Shown here one piece after another: positions 11,171 through 19,021 of a stretch of DNA of 64,000 bases. The position numbers and the translations under genes are program-made. The notes below the pieces were generated by a model, which had not been told where the DNA came from, searched no databases, and worked only from the letters and a program-made list of their open reading frames with translations. Position 1 is the first letter of the stretch, and every line of letters begins with the position of its first letter. The DNA comes from Bacteroidaceae bacterium (GTDB taxonomy: Bacteria; Bacteroidota; Bacteroidia; Bacteroidales; Barnesiellaceae_A): contig JAFUOV010000012.1 in the NCBI GenBank assembly GCA_017481745.1, forward strand, positions 28,181-92,180, written 5' to 3'.

Positions 11171-11830
11171 TTATTGTGCATTACGATTGATGTAGGGAGA
11201 TTGCTCAAAGGCTTGGTATATACCCGATACGGCTTTTGAGATATTCAGCTGGTTGCTTGTTTCGATACCCGATAGGATTGATGTCCATACAAAGGGTATC
11301 TGTTTCTTGCCGTTGTCAATGTCTTTAAGAGCTATAATCTCTGTTACAAGGTTGTTTACAGTGTATGAGTATGAAACGGGGTAGGGGTAGTAGGGTATCC
11401 AACCGGGATAGTAGGGATCCCAATAATCAATGGGCCAATAGTAGTCGTACCACCACCAATAGGGGTCGACGTAGCCTATATATTCGTTGGTATTCTTAAC
11501 GTATGCCATTACTACACCTAAGTCGGCATCATCGGGGTTGCTAACTTGTACGTAACCTCTCGCCTTCATTTCGCTGACAACAGCCTCCAAAACTTGGCGA
11601 GCGCGAGGGTCATCCTTGGTATAGTAGGTAGGCTCGGGTTGTTTTGAGTCCAATTTTACCAAACCTTCGGGGATATAGAAAGTCTTGTATTGCGAGAAAT
11701 CGCACGTATTGTCATAGTGGGTATAAACCATCAGGTCGCTCGATAGTTGTTCAATATCGGGCATTTTTTGGCAAGCCGAGAAGACAACTGCCAATAGGAA
11801 CAATGGGAGAAGTCGTTTAAATTTTGTCAT
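11171..11830 (-). CDS. DUF4136-like lipoprotein with W/Y/P-rich insert, paralog 1
   Basis: I chose the internal ATG (MTKFKRLLPLFLLAVVFSAC, a lipobox). The ORF-track N-terminal extension runs into the repeat and promoter region. It is a paralog of 12777-13436. Confidence 0.55.
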   Translation of the reverse strand: MTKFKRLLPLFLLAVVFSACQKMPDIEQLSSDLMVYTHYDNTCDFSQYKTFYIPEGLVKLDSKQPEPTYYTKDDPRARQVLEAVVSEMKARGYVQVSNPDDADLGVVMAYVKNTNEYIGYVDPYWWWYDYYWPIDYWDPYYPGWIPYYPYPVSYSYTVNNLVTEIIALKDIDNGKKQIPFVWTSILSGIETSNQLNISKAVSGIYQAFEQSPYINRNAQ

Positions 11831-11860
11831 AGAATTAATATTTTGTGTCATAATTTGATA

Positions 11861-11868
11861 CAAAGATA
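11861..11868 (-). promoter_or_regulatory. -7 box (reverse complement tatctttg) for the lipoprotein/barrel pair 1
   Basis: caaagata on the plus strand lies 31 nt upstream of the ATG at 11830. Confidence 0.4.
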
Positions 11869-11871
11869 GTG

Positions 11872-12020
11872 CAAGCCGAGCGGAGAACAAAATAAGTTTA
11901 CTTATTTTTTCACCCGAGGCGCCGCCTATCTTGGACGAAGTCAAAGTAGTGCAACAACAAGCCGAGCGGAGAACAAAATAAGTTTACTTATTTTTTCACC
12001 CGAGGCGCCGCCCATCTTGG
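11872..12020. repeat. Two copies of a 63-bp direct repeat (11872-11934 and 11958-12020; 1 mismatch; 86-bp period)
   Basis: The unit caagccgagcggagaacaaaataagtttacttattttttcacccgaggcgccgcc[t/c]atcttgg was read directly in both places. Each copy contains an AT-rich imperfect palindrome (gaacaaaataag/cttatttttc). Confidence 0.9.
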
Positions 12021-12034
12021 GTGCGACTCGGGTG

Positions 12035-12075
12035 AAAAAAGCATGAGGGTGTCTCGTGTAGAGCCATCCTCATGC
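12035..12075 (-). terminator. Rho-independent terminator of barrel paralog 2
   Basis: On the minus strand this reads gcatgagg-(19 nt loop)-cctcatgc followed by tttttt, 21 nt after the stop at 12096. Confidence 0.55.
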
Positions 12076-12095
12076 TTGTAGGTGTGAATAAAGGG

Positions 12096-12722
12096 TTAGA
12101 ACGACAGACCCAAATGGAAGCCGATATTGTTGTATCCGTCGATGTCGTAGGTAAGCACCTTGCTCTTGTTGGTAGAGTAGTTGTAGTAGACGGCAAGGTG
12201 TATACCAATGCGCTTGTAGGGCATGGGGTAGAATGTTACGCCCAGCTCGGGTTGTACGTTGAAACCCCATGTCTTGTCGTAGTAGGTATATACTTGTGTT
12301 TCAGACTCCATGCGCGAGTACATTGCTCCGAGTTTGGCTGCTATGTATGGCTCAAACATGCCATGTTCTATAAAGCGCCAACGTGCTGCCATGCCGAAGG
12401 GTACTTGGTAAATAGAGTGTTGTTGGTCGGCATAGAGGCTCTCGGTGCTGCTGAGGTGTAGTACTTGTTCGCCAATGTACTTGTTGTTGGTATGGTACGA
12501 CACATAAAGTCCCAACGACATCTGCGGAATGATATAATATCCGCCTTCAAAACTCATACCCCAACCACTGCCATGGTTGGCATACTCGTTTGCCATCGGT
12601 ATGTTAAATTGCCAATCGACATTGAAGTAACCACCCTTGAGGATTTGGGCTTGGACGGTTGAGGGTGTTGCTATGGCAATGAGAAGCAACATCGCGCCCA
12701 ATATTTTAGCTATCTTTTTCAT
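12096..12722 (-). CDS. Small outer-membrane beta-barrel protein, paralog 2
   Basis: 208 aa with a signal peptide ending VQAQ and a C-terminus GFHLGLSF. It is colinear with 10528-11154. Confidence 0.6.
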   Translation of the reverse strand: MKKIAKILGAMLLLIAIATPSTVQAQILKGGYFNVDWQFNIPMANEYANHGSGWGMSFEGGYYIIPQMSLGLYVSYHTNNKYIGEQVLHLSSTESLYADQQHSIYQVPFGMAARWRFIEHGMFEPYIAAKLGAMYSRMESETQVYTYYDKTWGFNVQPELGVTFYPMPYKRIGIHLAVYYNYSTNKSKVLTYDIDGYNNIGFHLGLSF

Positions 12723-12776
12723 CGTAGTTTCATGTTTAAGTGATACAATGTTGTGCGAGATGTGAGTGCCTAACCA

Positions 12777-13436
12777 TTATCGTTGTACGCTCGATAGGAT
12801 GTAGGGCGATTGCTCAAAGGCTTGATAGATGCCCGATACGGTACGATTGATGTTAAATTGGTTGCTCGATTGTATGCCTGCCATGTAGGCTGTCCATATA
12901 ACGGGTATCTTCTTGGTAGTGGCATTGGCATCTTCGAGAGCCACTATCTCGACAATGAGCGAACCGATGGTGTAGGTGTAGGTAATGGGATAGGCGTATG
13001 AGGGTCCCCAACCATACCAATATGGGTTCCAATAGCTGCCGGGCCAATAGTAGTCGTAGCCATACCACCAATAGGGATTGGTCGAGGCGTATGATATGAT
13101 GGTGTTGGTATCTTTTACGTAGCTGACTTGTATACCGAGGTCGGCATCGGCATTGCTCATCACACGTTCATATCCGCGGGTTTTCATTTCGCTGCTGATT
13201 GCCTGTATGATAGAGGTCGTGCGAGGGTCGTCGGCAGCAAAATATGTGGGCTTGGCTTTATCGTCGAGCACCAAGATGCTGTCGGGTAGGGCATAGGTTG
13301 TGTATTTGCCAAAGTTGGCACTCTTGTCATAGTTGGTGTATACGATAAGATCGCTCGACAACTCGTTGGGGTCGGGCTCTTTTTGACAGGCGGTGAATGC
13401 TACTGCCAATAGTAAAATGGGAATTGCCTTTTTCAT
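12777..13436 (-). CDS. DUF4136-like lipoprotein with W/Y/P-rich insert, paralog 2
   Basis: I chose the internal ATG (MKKAIPILLLAVAFTAC, a lipobox). It shares the C-terminal motif VSGIYQAFEQSPYI with paralog 1. Confidence 0.55.
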   Translation of the reverse strand: MKKAIPILLLAVAFTACQKEPDPNELSSDLIVYTNYDKSANFGKYTTYALPDSILVLDDKAKPTYFAADDPRTTSIIQAISSEMKTRGYERVMSNADADLGIQVSYVKDTNTIISYASTNPYWWYGYDYYWPGSYWNPYWYGWGPSYAYPITYTYTIGSLIVEIVALEDANATTKKIPVIWTAYMAGIQSSNQFNINRTVSGIYQAFEQSPYILSSVQR

Positions 13437-13558
13437 AACACAATTTTTTGGTAAAAGATGAATACTCAAGGGCAACGTTTTTTAGGGTTGCCGTACCAAA
13501 AAAACAATGTTATGTTGCTAAATGTTTTTAAATGCGATGAAAATAGCGCGATTGTGGC

Positions 13559-14644
13559 TTACATCTTGTCGTATAACGCCTTGATTTGTCGTGCAATGTT
13601 GTCCCAATTGTAGGGCGATAGGTCGTATTGACGAGGTGTTTGCCGCTGCGCAAGTTTCTCTTTAAGTGTGTGTGCGAGTGAGTCGATGTCGCCGGTGCGG
13701 TGAAAATCGCTTTCGGCAAGGCATGACAACTTGTTGGCGGGAATGTCGCTCACAGTTACATCGAGGTTGTAGCTGAGGGCTTCCAGCAGGGCGATAGGCA
13801 GCCCTTCGTGCGACGATGGCAGTACGTATAGTGCTGCGTGAGATAATATTTCGTTGAGTTTCTCTCCGCGTATAAAGCCTGTGAGCACCACGCCGTTTTC
13901 GTGAGCTTTTTGTTTCAAGCTATTGCTATACTCGTCGGGGTGGTCGGCATCGCCTGCAATAACGAGTTTGTACTCTTTGTTGTTGAGGCGGGTGTAGGCA
14001 TCAATGAGCTTGTCGAAACCTTTTTCCTTGACAAACCTGCCGGTAGCAAGGATGTATTTGCGAGGTTGCAACCCCAAGGATGTTATGTATTGTGTCGTTG
14101 TGGCAATGTCGGGCTTGTTCACACCATTATATATAAGGTGTGTATCGTGTCTATTGTGCTTGTTGCTGCAAATGTCGGCAATAACTTTTGATATGACAAT
14201 GACTTGATTGGCGCAGCGAACACCCCAAGCCTCGCCTGTGCGAAGAATGAACTTTGCCAATCTGCCCCATTTCTGGCGGTCGTAGTCGGGACCATGGTGG
14301 GTCATGATGACTTTCAACCCTAATAACCGGGCGAAAGGTACTAAAAGGGCAGGACCTATGGCGTGGATGTGTACGATGTCGGCTTTAGCTCTCTTGGCGT
14401 AGAGTAGCGCCAGAAAGGTGTGTGTGATAGCCTCGAAACTTTTGCGACGTGGTGTGTAGATGTCGTGTAGTTTTGCACCCTTGTATTCCGATAGCTCGAT
14501 GTCGGGAGTTATGTAGCACTTGCGGCGCACTACCGTTACATCGCAACCCATATCGACCAATCGCGGATATAGCTCTTCGCAATGTGTCTCAACGCCGCCC
14601 ATTATATTGGGGATGCCTCGTGTGCCTATGACTACGACCTTCAT
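13559..14644 (-). CDS. Glycosyltransferase family 4 with DUF1972-type N-terminus (WchF-like)
   Basis: 361 aa. The N-terminus MKVVVIGTRGIPNIMGGVETHCEEL matches the DUF1972 pattern, and the C-terminal GT1/GT4 motif is PSSHEGLPIALLEAL. Confidence 0.75.
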   Translation of the reverse strand: MKVVVIGTRGIPNIMGGVETHCEELYPRLVDMGCDVTVVRRKCYITPDIELSEYKGAKLHDIYTPRRKSFEAITHTFLALLYAKRAKADIVHIHAIGPALLVPFARLLGLKVIMTHHGPDYDRQKWGRLAKFILRTGEAWGVRCANQVIVISKVIADICSNKHNRHDTHLIYNGVNKPDIATTTQYITSLGLQPRKYILATGRFVKEKGFDKLIDAYTRLNNKEYKLVIAGDADHPDEYSNSLKQKAHENGVVLTGFIRGEKLNEILSHAALYVLPSSHEGLPIALLEALSYNLDVTVSDIPANKLSCLAESDFHRTGDIDSLAHTLKEKLAQRQTPRQYDLSPYNWDNIARQIKALYDKM

Positions 14645-14650
14645 GAGTGC

Positions 14651-15718
14651 CTATTTGCGAGGTTGCAAGTCGCCTTGTCGGGGGTCTTGACCTACATCAT
14701 ACCATTTCTTGTCGATGCATACGGGCTTGCCTCTCATGACATTCCATTTGTTGCGCAATACCCAACCAAGCGGATGCTTGATGTATGCCAACTTTTTCAT
14801 TACCGGAGCAGCCGTTCCTACCATCCAACAGTTTTTGGGACATGAGCGTACAAGTTCTCGCACGCGGGCAGCTTGCTCGCTCTCCCATATCTCGGCAAAA
14901 TTCTTTACATTCTTGATGTTACCCATGCTCTCTTTCCAGAATTTCGACTCAAGACCGTTGCAGGGGTATACCTCGCCATAGGGGTCGACAAAGAAGTTTA
15001 CCATGCCAGCCTCGCAGGGGAGCATACGGCGGTTGCCCTCGATGTAGTTGATAAGTCCCATATTGAAGAAGGCGCGGAACCACGATTTGGGATGTTTCTC
15101 GTTGAGTTGCATCTCGATGAGTTTGGCAAAGTTGTTGCACACCTCTTCTTTGTTGCTTATTACGTTGTCGTCTTTGTGGAAGTAGTATGAGTTGTGGAAA
15201 GCTGCTGTGGCAAACTCCATATTGAGTTTCTTCGACAAGCTATACAGCGAAAGCATGTCGGACGAGTTGTTGTTTGATACAGTGATACCAAATCCTACAT
15301 CCTTAACACCCATTTCACGCAGCTTGAGCAGCGTGCGCAATCCCTTGTCGAAGCCGCCTTCTCTACCGCGCAATTCGTCGTTTTTCTGCGACAAACCCTC
15401 GATGCTGATGCGTATGCCTATGTTGGGAAAACGTTGTGCCAAAGCTATCACCCTATCCTCAAACCAACCCGAGGTGGATATAACAACGCGCGGAGCTTTG
15501 CGGAAGGCAACCTCGACAATTTCGGGCAAGTCTTCGCGGATAAAAGGCTCTCCGCCGGTGATATTGATAAATTTTACATTGGGCAATATCTCCAAATCCT
15601 TGGGCTGAATCTCCTCCTTGGGATTGGTGGGATTGTTCCATATATTACACATCTTACAGCGCATGGGGCAGCGGTAAGTGGTAATGATACTTATATCGGT
15701 AGGTGCAGGAATTTGCAT
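14651..15718 (-). CDS. Radical SAM enzyme with C-terminal SPASM/twitch-like Cys cluster
   Basis: It carries the CxxxCxxC motif in TYRCPMRCKMCNIW, the SAM-binding GGEPF, and C-terminal cysteines (LPCEAG...YPCNG...SCPKNCWMVG). The ORF-track start at 15748 is TTG inside the repeat, so I chose the ATG at 15716-15718. Confidence 0.8.
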   Translation of the reverse strand: MQIPAPTDISIITTYRCPMRCKMCNIWNNPTNPKEEIQPKDLEILPNVKFINITGGEPFIREDLPEIVEVAFRKAPRVVISTSGWFEDRVIALAQRFPNIGIRISIEGLSQKNDELRGREGGFDKGLRTLLKLREMGVKDVGFGITVSNNNSSDMLSLYSLSKKLNMEFATAAFHNSYYFHKDDNVISNKEEVCNNFAKLIEMQLNEKHPKSWFRAFFNMGLINYIEGNRRMLPCEAGMVNFFVDPYGEVYPCNGLESKFWKESMGNIKNVKNFAEIWESEQAARVRELVRSCPKNCWMVGTAAPVMKKLAYIKHPLGWVLRNKWNVMRGKPVCIDKKWYDVGQDPRQGDLQPRK

Positions 15719-15740
15719 ATCGTAACTCTCCAAACTAATT

Positions 15741-15912
15741 TTATGCAAATATAGTGAAAGGCGAGAGAATAAAAAACAAATTTATTTGGTTTTTATTCCG
15801 AGCCGCATCCTATATTATGAAAATATAGTGAAAGCAGAGAATAAAAAACAAATTTATTTGGTTTTATTCCGAGCCGCATCCTATATTATGCAAATATAGT
15901 GAAATGCGAGAA
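15741..15912. repeat. Tandem repeat of about 2.4 copies of a 71-74-bp unit (15741-15814, 15815-15885, 15886-~15912), each carrying a -7 promoter box on the minus strand
   Basis: The unit is ttatgcaaatatagtgaaaggcgagagaataaaaaacaaatttatttggtttttattccgagccgcatcctata. Copy 2 differs by 1 substitution and 3 deleted nt. The -7 boxes are caaatata at 15746-15753 and 15891-15898. The box in the middle copy is degenerate (aaaatata, 15820-15827). Confidence 0.9.
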
Positions 15913-15941
15913 AAACTAATGCAACAAAAAGAGTAGCCCGA

Positions 15942-17132
15942 TTAAAAAAGAGAGGTTAATGATGCAAAATGTTTTTCCTCCGAAAATCGCACTTGCGATT
16001 TTTGTGCGATAGCCTGGTTGTCAAATTGCATTTCCTCAAAAACCGATGTAATGCATGCTTGCAGTTGGTTGAGATTTCCACTGTCATATAGCAGTCCTGT
16101 GTTGCCATGGTCTATGAGTTCGGGTATGCCACCTATGCGAGCTCCTATTACCGGCGTGCCCATGCACAACGACTCTATCACCGATAGCGGGTTGTTTTCG
16201 TACCATATAGAGGGTATTACCGTAGCTGTGGCGTTGCTCACCAAGTCGACAACTTGTTGTGCCGAGAGGTGTCCGGTAAATATGATATTGGCATTGTCGG
16301 CATATTGTTTCTGAAGGGTCTCGGTAAGAGGTCCTGCCCCTGCCACGTATAGCGTGTAGGGAAGCTTGGCAGCAACAGCAAGCAAGTCTTCGATGCCTTT
16401 TTCTTGGCTGAGGCGACCTACATAGCAGTAATATGGCGTAGAGGGTGTTGTGCGATTTATTTGAGCAAACGAGTCGGACTTTTTCTTGTCAATGCTGTTG
16501 CAAATAACCGTAATCTTGTCGGGGGCATATCCGGCTTGTATCATCTTCTCGCCCATAAATTGGCTGGGTGTAATGAAGTGGTGCACATACTTTTGCAATA
16601 CATCTTTATTCCACTTCAAGGCTTCGACGTATGCCAATACACTTGCCGGGAGGCTGTTTTTCATGCAACGAGTGCGCAGCACCTGACTTTTATCTTTGAC
16701 GCATAGCTCACATGTCGTGCCATTGCGCAGGCAGTTGTATGAGGGGCATATCAACTTATAGTCGTGCATTGTCCACAACACCTTGCAGCCATAATTGTAT
16801 GCCTGCTTGACGATTATGGGCGACAGATAGGAGTGTATGTTGTGAAAGTGAACGACATCGGGGCGGAACGTCTGTAACATGTGGTTGAATGACGATTGAA
16901 TATCGCCCATACCCAATGAACGCATGGTTGCTTTTATAATGCCTTTGCCTGCAAAAGACACCTCCGAGGCAAAGCAAGATGCGTACTCCGATGCAACATT
17001 CTGTTCGTAGCTCATGGCATATACGGCAACTTCATATCCTGCTTCGCGTAGCATCCGCTCGGTATTCATCATTACCAAGCAGTCGCCTCCGCGAGTGTAG
17101 TAGAACTTGTTGACCAATAATATGCGTTTCAT
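15942..17132 (-). CDS. Glycosyltransferase family 4
   Basis: 396 aa with N-terminus MKRILLVNKFYYTRGG and the C-terminal motif IPSIWYENNPLSVIESL...G.P (an E-x7-E-type motif). Confidence 0.8.
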   Translation of the reverse strand: MKRILLVNKFYYTRGGDCLVMMNTERMLREAGYEVAVYAMSYEQNVASEYASCFASEVSFAGKGIIKATMRSLGMGDIQSSFNHMLQTFRPDVVHFHNIHSYLSPIIVKQAYNYGCKVLWTMHDYKLICPSYNCLRNGTTCELCVKDKSQVLRTRCMKNSLPASVLAYVEALKWNKDVLQKYVHHFITPSQFMGEKMIQAGYAPDKITVICNSIDKKKSDSFAQINRTTPSTPYYCYVGRLSQEKGIEDLLAVAAKLPYTLYVAGAGPLTETLQKQYADNANIIFTGHLSAQQVVDLVSNATATVIPSIWYENNPLSVIESLCMGTPVIGARIGGIPELIDHGNTGLLYDSGNLNQLQACITSVFEEMQFDNQAIAQKSQVRFSEEKHFASLTSLF

Positions 17133-17137
17133 TGAAA

Positions 17138-18265
17138 TTACCGTTTTTCTGATTGTTGATAAAACTCGGTGTAGCTTTTCTGTACGACCTCGTCGGCGTA
17201 TATCTGATTATAGAATGCTTTGTTTGTAGTTTTCTCTTCTTCTGTTTTGTTGGGCGATGTACCGAGGCAAACCTCAAGAGCATGTTGTAGGCTTGTTGCG
17301 TCGCCTGTTGCGAAGAGGTGGGATGCTTGGCTTGCATTCTCTTTAAAAAAGTCTATATCACTCATTACTAATGGCGTCCCGTAGTAGTATGCTACTGATA
17401 GCACGCCGCTCATAGTGGCTGAAAGATAGGGATATACAATACAAGATGCTCGCGTAAACAAATCTTTCAACTCTCTGTCGTCTATAAAGCGTGATATTCG
17501 CACAACATTGTGGTGTGGTGTGCGGTTTAGAGTGCCTTGTCCTGTTATGACTAATTTGTATTTCTCGCACAACTCTGGTGAGTTTACATAGGCATCGTGT
17601 AGCAATTCAACACCTTTGTAGTGCTTTATTCCACCAAAGAAAAGTATGTAAGGACCTATATCTTGTATCTCTTTGCACGGCAAATTCCCTTCTTTCATCT
17701 CTTGAGAAACGAGAGTGGGGAAGGGGGTGAAAGAGGCTGCTCTGCTGTGCAACTGTTTCAATTGCTGTACTTGCTTGGGCGAGCAGGTTGTAACATAGTG
17801 GGCGCGGTGTATCATTTGCAACGTACCTATGCGCACTATAACGCCATTAAGAAATCTTTTGTGTAGTGGCAAGTGGTTTAATGGGTGTGGTGTTACATCG
17901 TGTGCTGTGTAGAATAGGGTATATTTACGTCGCAAGAATAGTGATAGAAAACCAAATGTAAAATCACCCGATACGAAGTGTATATTCTTAATGCCATGCT
18001 TGTCGGCAGTATCACATATTGTTTGATATAGTGTTATTGGCAAGAACTTGTTGCAAAGATTTTTTATTCTTCCGCTTGTGTTCTCAATAAAGATAGCGCG
18101 GTTGTGAAGGTCGGTATCTATGAGACGACGATAGTTGCAATTGCCTTTGGAGTAGAAGATGCCATATACCTCCAACCCATCGACCCGCGATAGTATGTTG
18201 TAGAGGTTGCTGGCAAAAGGCAACATCCCTATGGCGTATTCTGAAGCTACAATAAGAATTTTCAT
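17138..18265 (-). CDS. Glycosyltransferase (GT1/GT4-like)
   Basis: I chose the internal ATG (MKILIVASEY). The C-terminal half (FFGGIKHYKGVELL...VYPYLSATMSGVLSVAYYYGTPLV) fits a GT-B fold. A -7 box, caaagata, lies about 15 nt upstream. Confidence 0.65.
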   Translation of the reverse strand: MKILIVASEYAIGMLPFASNLYNILSRVDGLEVYGIFYSKGNCNYRRLIDTDLHNRAIFIENTSGRIKNLCNKFLPITLYQTICDTADKHGIKNIHFVSGDFTFGFLSLFLRRKYTLFYTAHDVTPHPLNHLPLHKRFLNGVIVRIGTLQMIHRAHYVTTCSPKQVQQLKQLHSRAASFTPFPTLVSQEMKEGNLPCKEIQDIGPYILFFGGIKHYKGVELLHDAYVNSPELCEKYKLVITGQGTLNRTPHHNVVRISRFIDDRELKDLFTRASCIVYPYLSATMSGVLSVAYYYGTPLVMSDIDFFKENASQASHLFATGDATSLQHALEVCLGTSPNKTEEEKTTNKAFYNQIYADEVVQKSYTEFYQQSEKR

Positions 18266-18386
18266 AATATGCAATCTTCTATCGTAATACAAAGATATGC
18301 ACTAATTATGAAAAAATCCACAAAAACGTGTAGCTTTTGCAGATTTTTTATTGTTGAGTATATACGTTCAATAGGTAGAAGCGTTG

Positions 18387-18959
18387 TTATTTCTCATCTT
18401 TGCATTTGACAAAGGGCTTCTGTACAAACTTGTCGTCGTCAAGACTGAGTAGTAGTTCCTTCTTATCATTAATATCCATGCGCCCTGTGCGTAGGTCATA
18501 ACCTTTTTCTTTGAGCGATTTGTACCAATCTTCGGTATATCCGATGTGCCTGATGGGATTGCCTGCTACCATATAGCCGTCGGGAATACTTTTGCTTACT
18601 ACCGATCCGGCTCCTATGATGACATTATTACCGATAGTAACACCTGCCATAATCTTGCAACCTTCGCCTATCGATACATAGTTACCAATCTTTATTTTGC
18701 CGAAATAGTCTAAATCAGGGTCGTTATATAGAATTTGTAATGCTACAATACCGCCATGTGTAAAGAATTCTGTGTCTTTGGCTATACGGCAATAATTGCC
18801 AATCTCTATCAGCCAAGGCTCTGAGGTGGATAAATGACATGGCGATATATTACAACCTTTTCCTATCTTTACACCTTTTTTTCTTAAATAGTTTTCGGGG
18901 GTGTCATAAACACCCGATATCAAGAATTGTTTTACTTTCTGTCTGTTTATTATGCCCAT
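18387..18959 (-). CDS. Hexapeptide-repeat (LbH) sugar O-acyltransferase
   Basis: 190 aa with hexapeptide repeats (IGNYVSIGEGCKIMAGVTIGNNVIIGAGSVV). Confidence 0.8.
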   Translation of the reverse strand: MGIINRQKVKQFLISGVYDTPENYLRKKGVKIGKGCNISPCHLSTSEPWLIEIGNYCRIAKDTEFFTHGGIVALQILYNDPDLDYFGKIKIGNYVSIGEGCKIMAGVTIGNNVIIGAGSVVSKSIPDGYMVAGNPIRHIGYTEDWYKSLKEKGYDLRTGRMDINDKKELLLSLDDDKFVQKPFVKCKDEK

Positions 18960-19021
18960 AGTGGATGCTTTATATACATTAGCTTTATTACTCTACAAAG
19001 ATAGTGTAAATAACGGAAAAA

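Noticed and set aside
11831-11944. The ORF track gives N-terminal extensions for several genes: 11944, 13475, 18292, 24256, 32449, 34050, 43350, 49595, 54679, 55525 and others. Several of these begin at TTG or GTG.
   Set aside because: The extensions run through promoter boxes, repeats or hairpins, or overlap the upstream gene. In each case an internal ATG immediately precedes a clean signal peptide, lipobox or conserved N-terminus, so I used the internal starts.
11991-12040. A 14-bp inverted repeat, ttttttcacccgag ... ctcgggtgaaaaaa (22-nt loop), looked like a separate regulatory hairpin.
   Set aside because: Its right arm's A-run supplies the U-tract of the better-formed terminator at 12035-12075, read on the minus strand. 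Its left arm is simply part of the distal 63-bp repeat copy. The proximal repeat copy has no matching right arm, so the pairing is probably incidental.
15741-15912. I considered whether the tandem repeats at 15.8 kb (and the pair at 11.9 kb) could be a CRISPR array.
   Set aside because: The units are directly abutting 71-74-bp repeats with no unique spacers between them. There are only 2-3 copies, no cas genes occur in the window, and each unit carries a promoter box.
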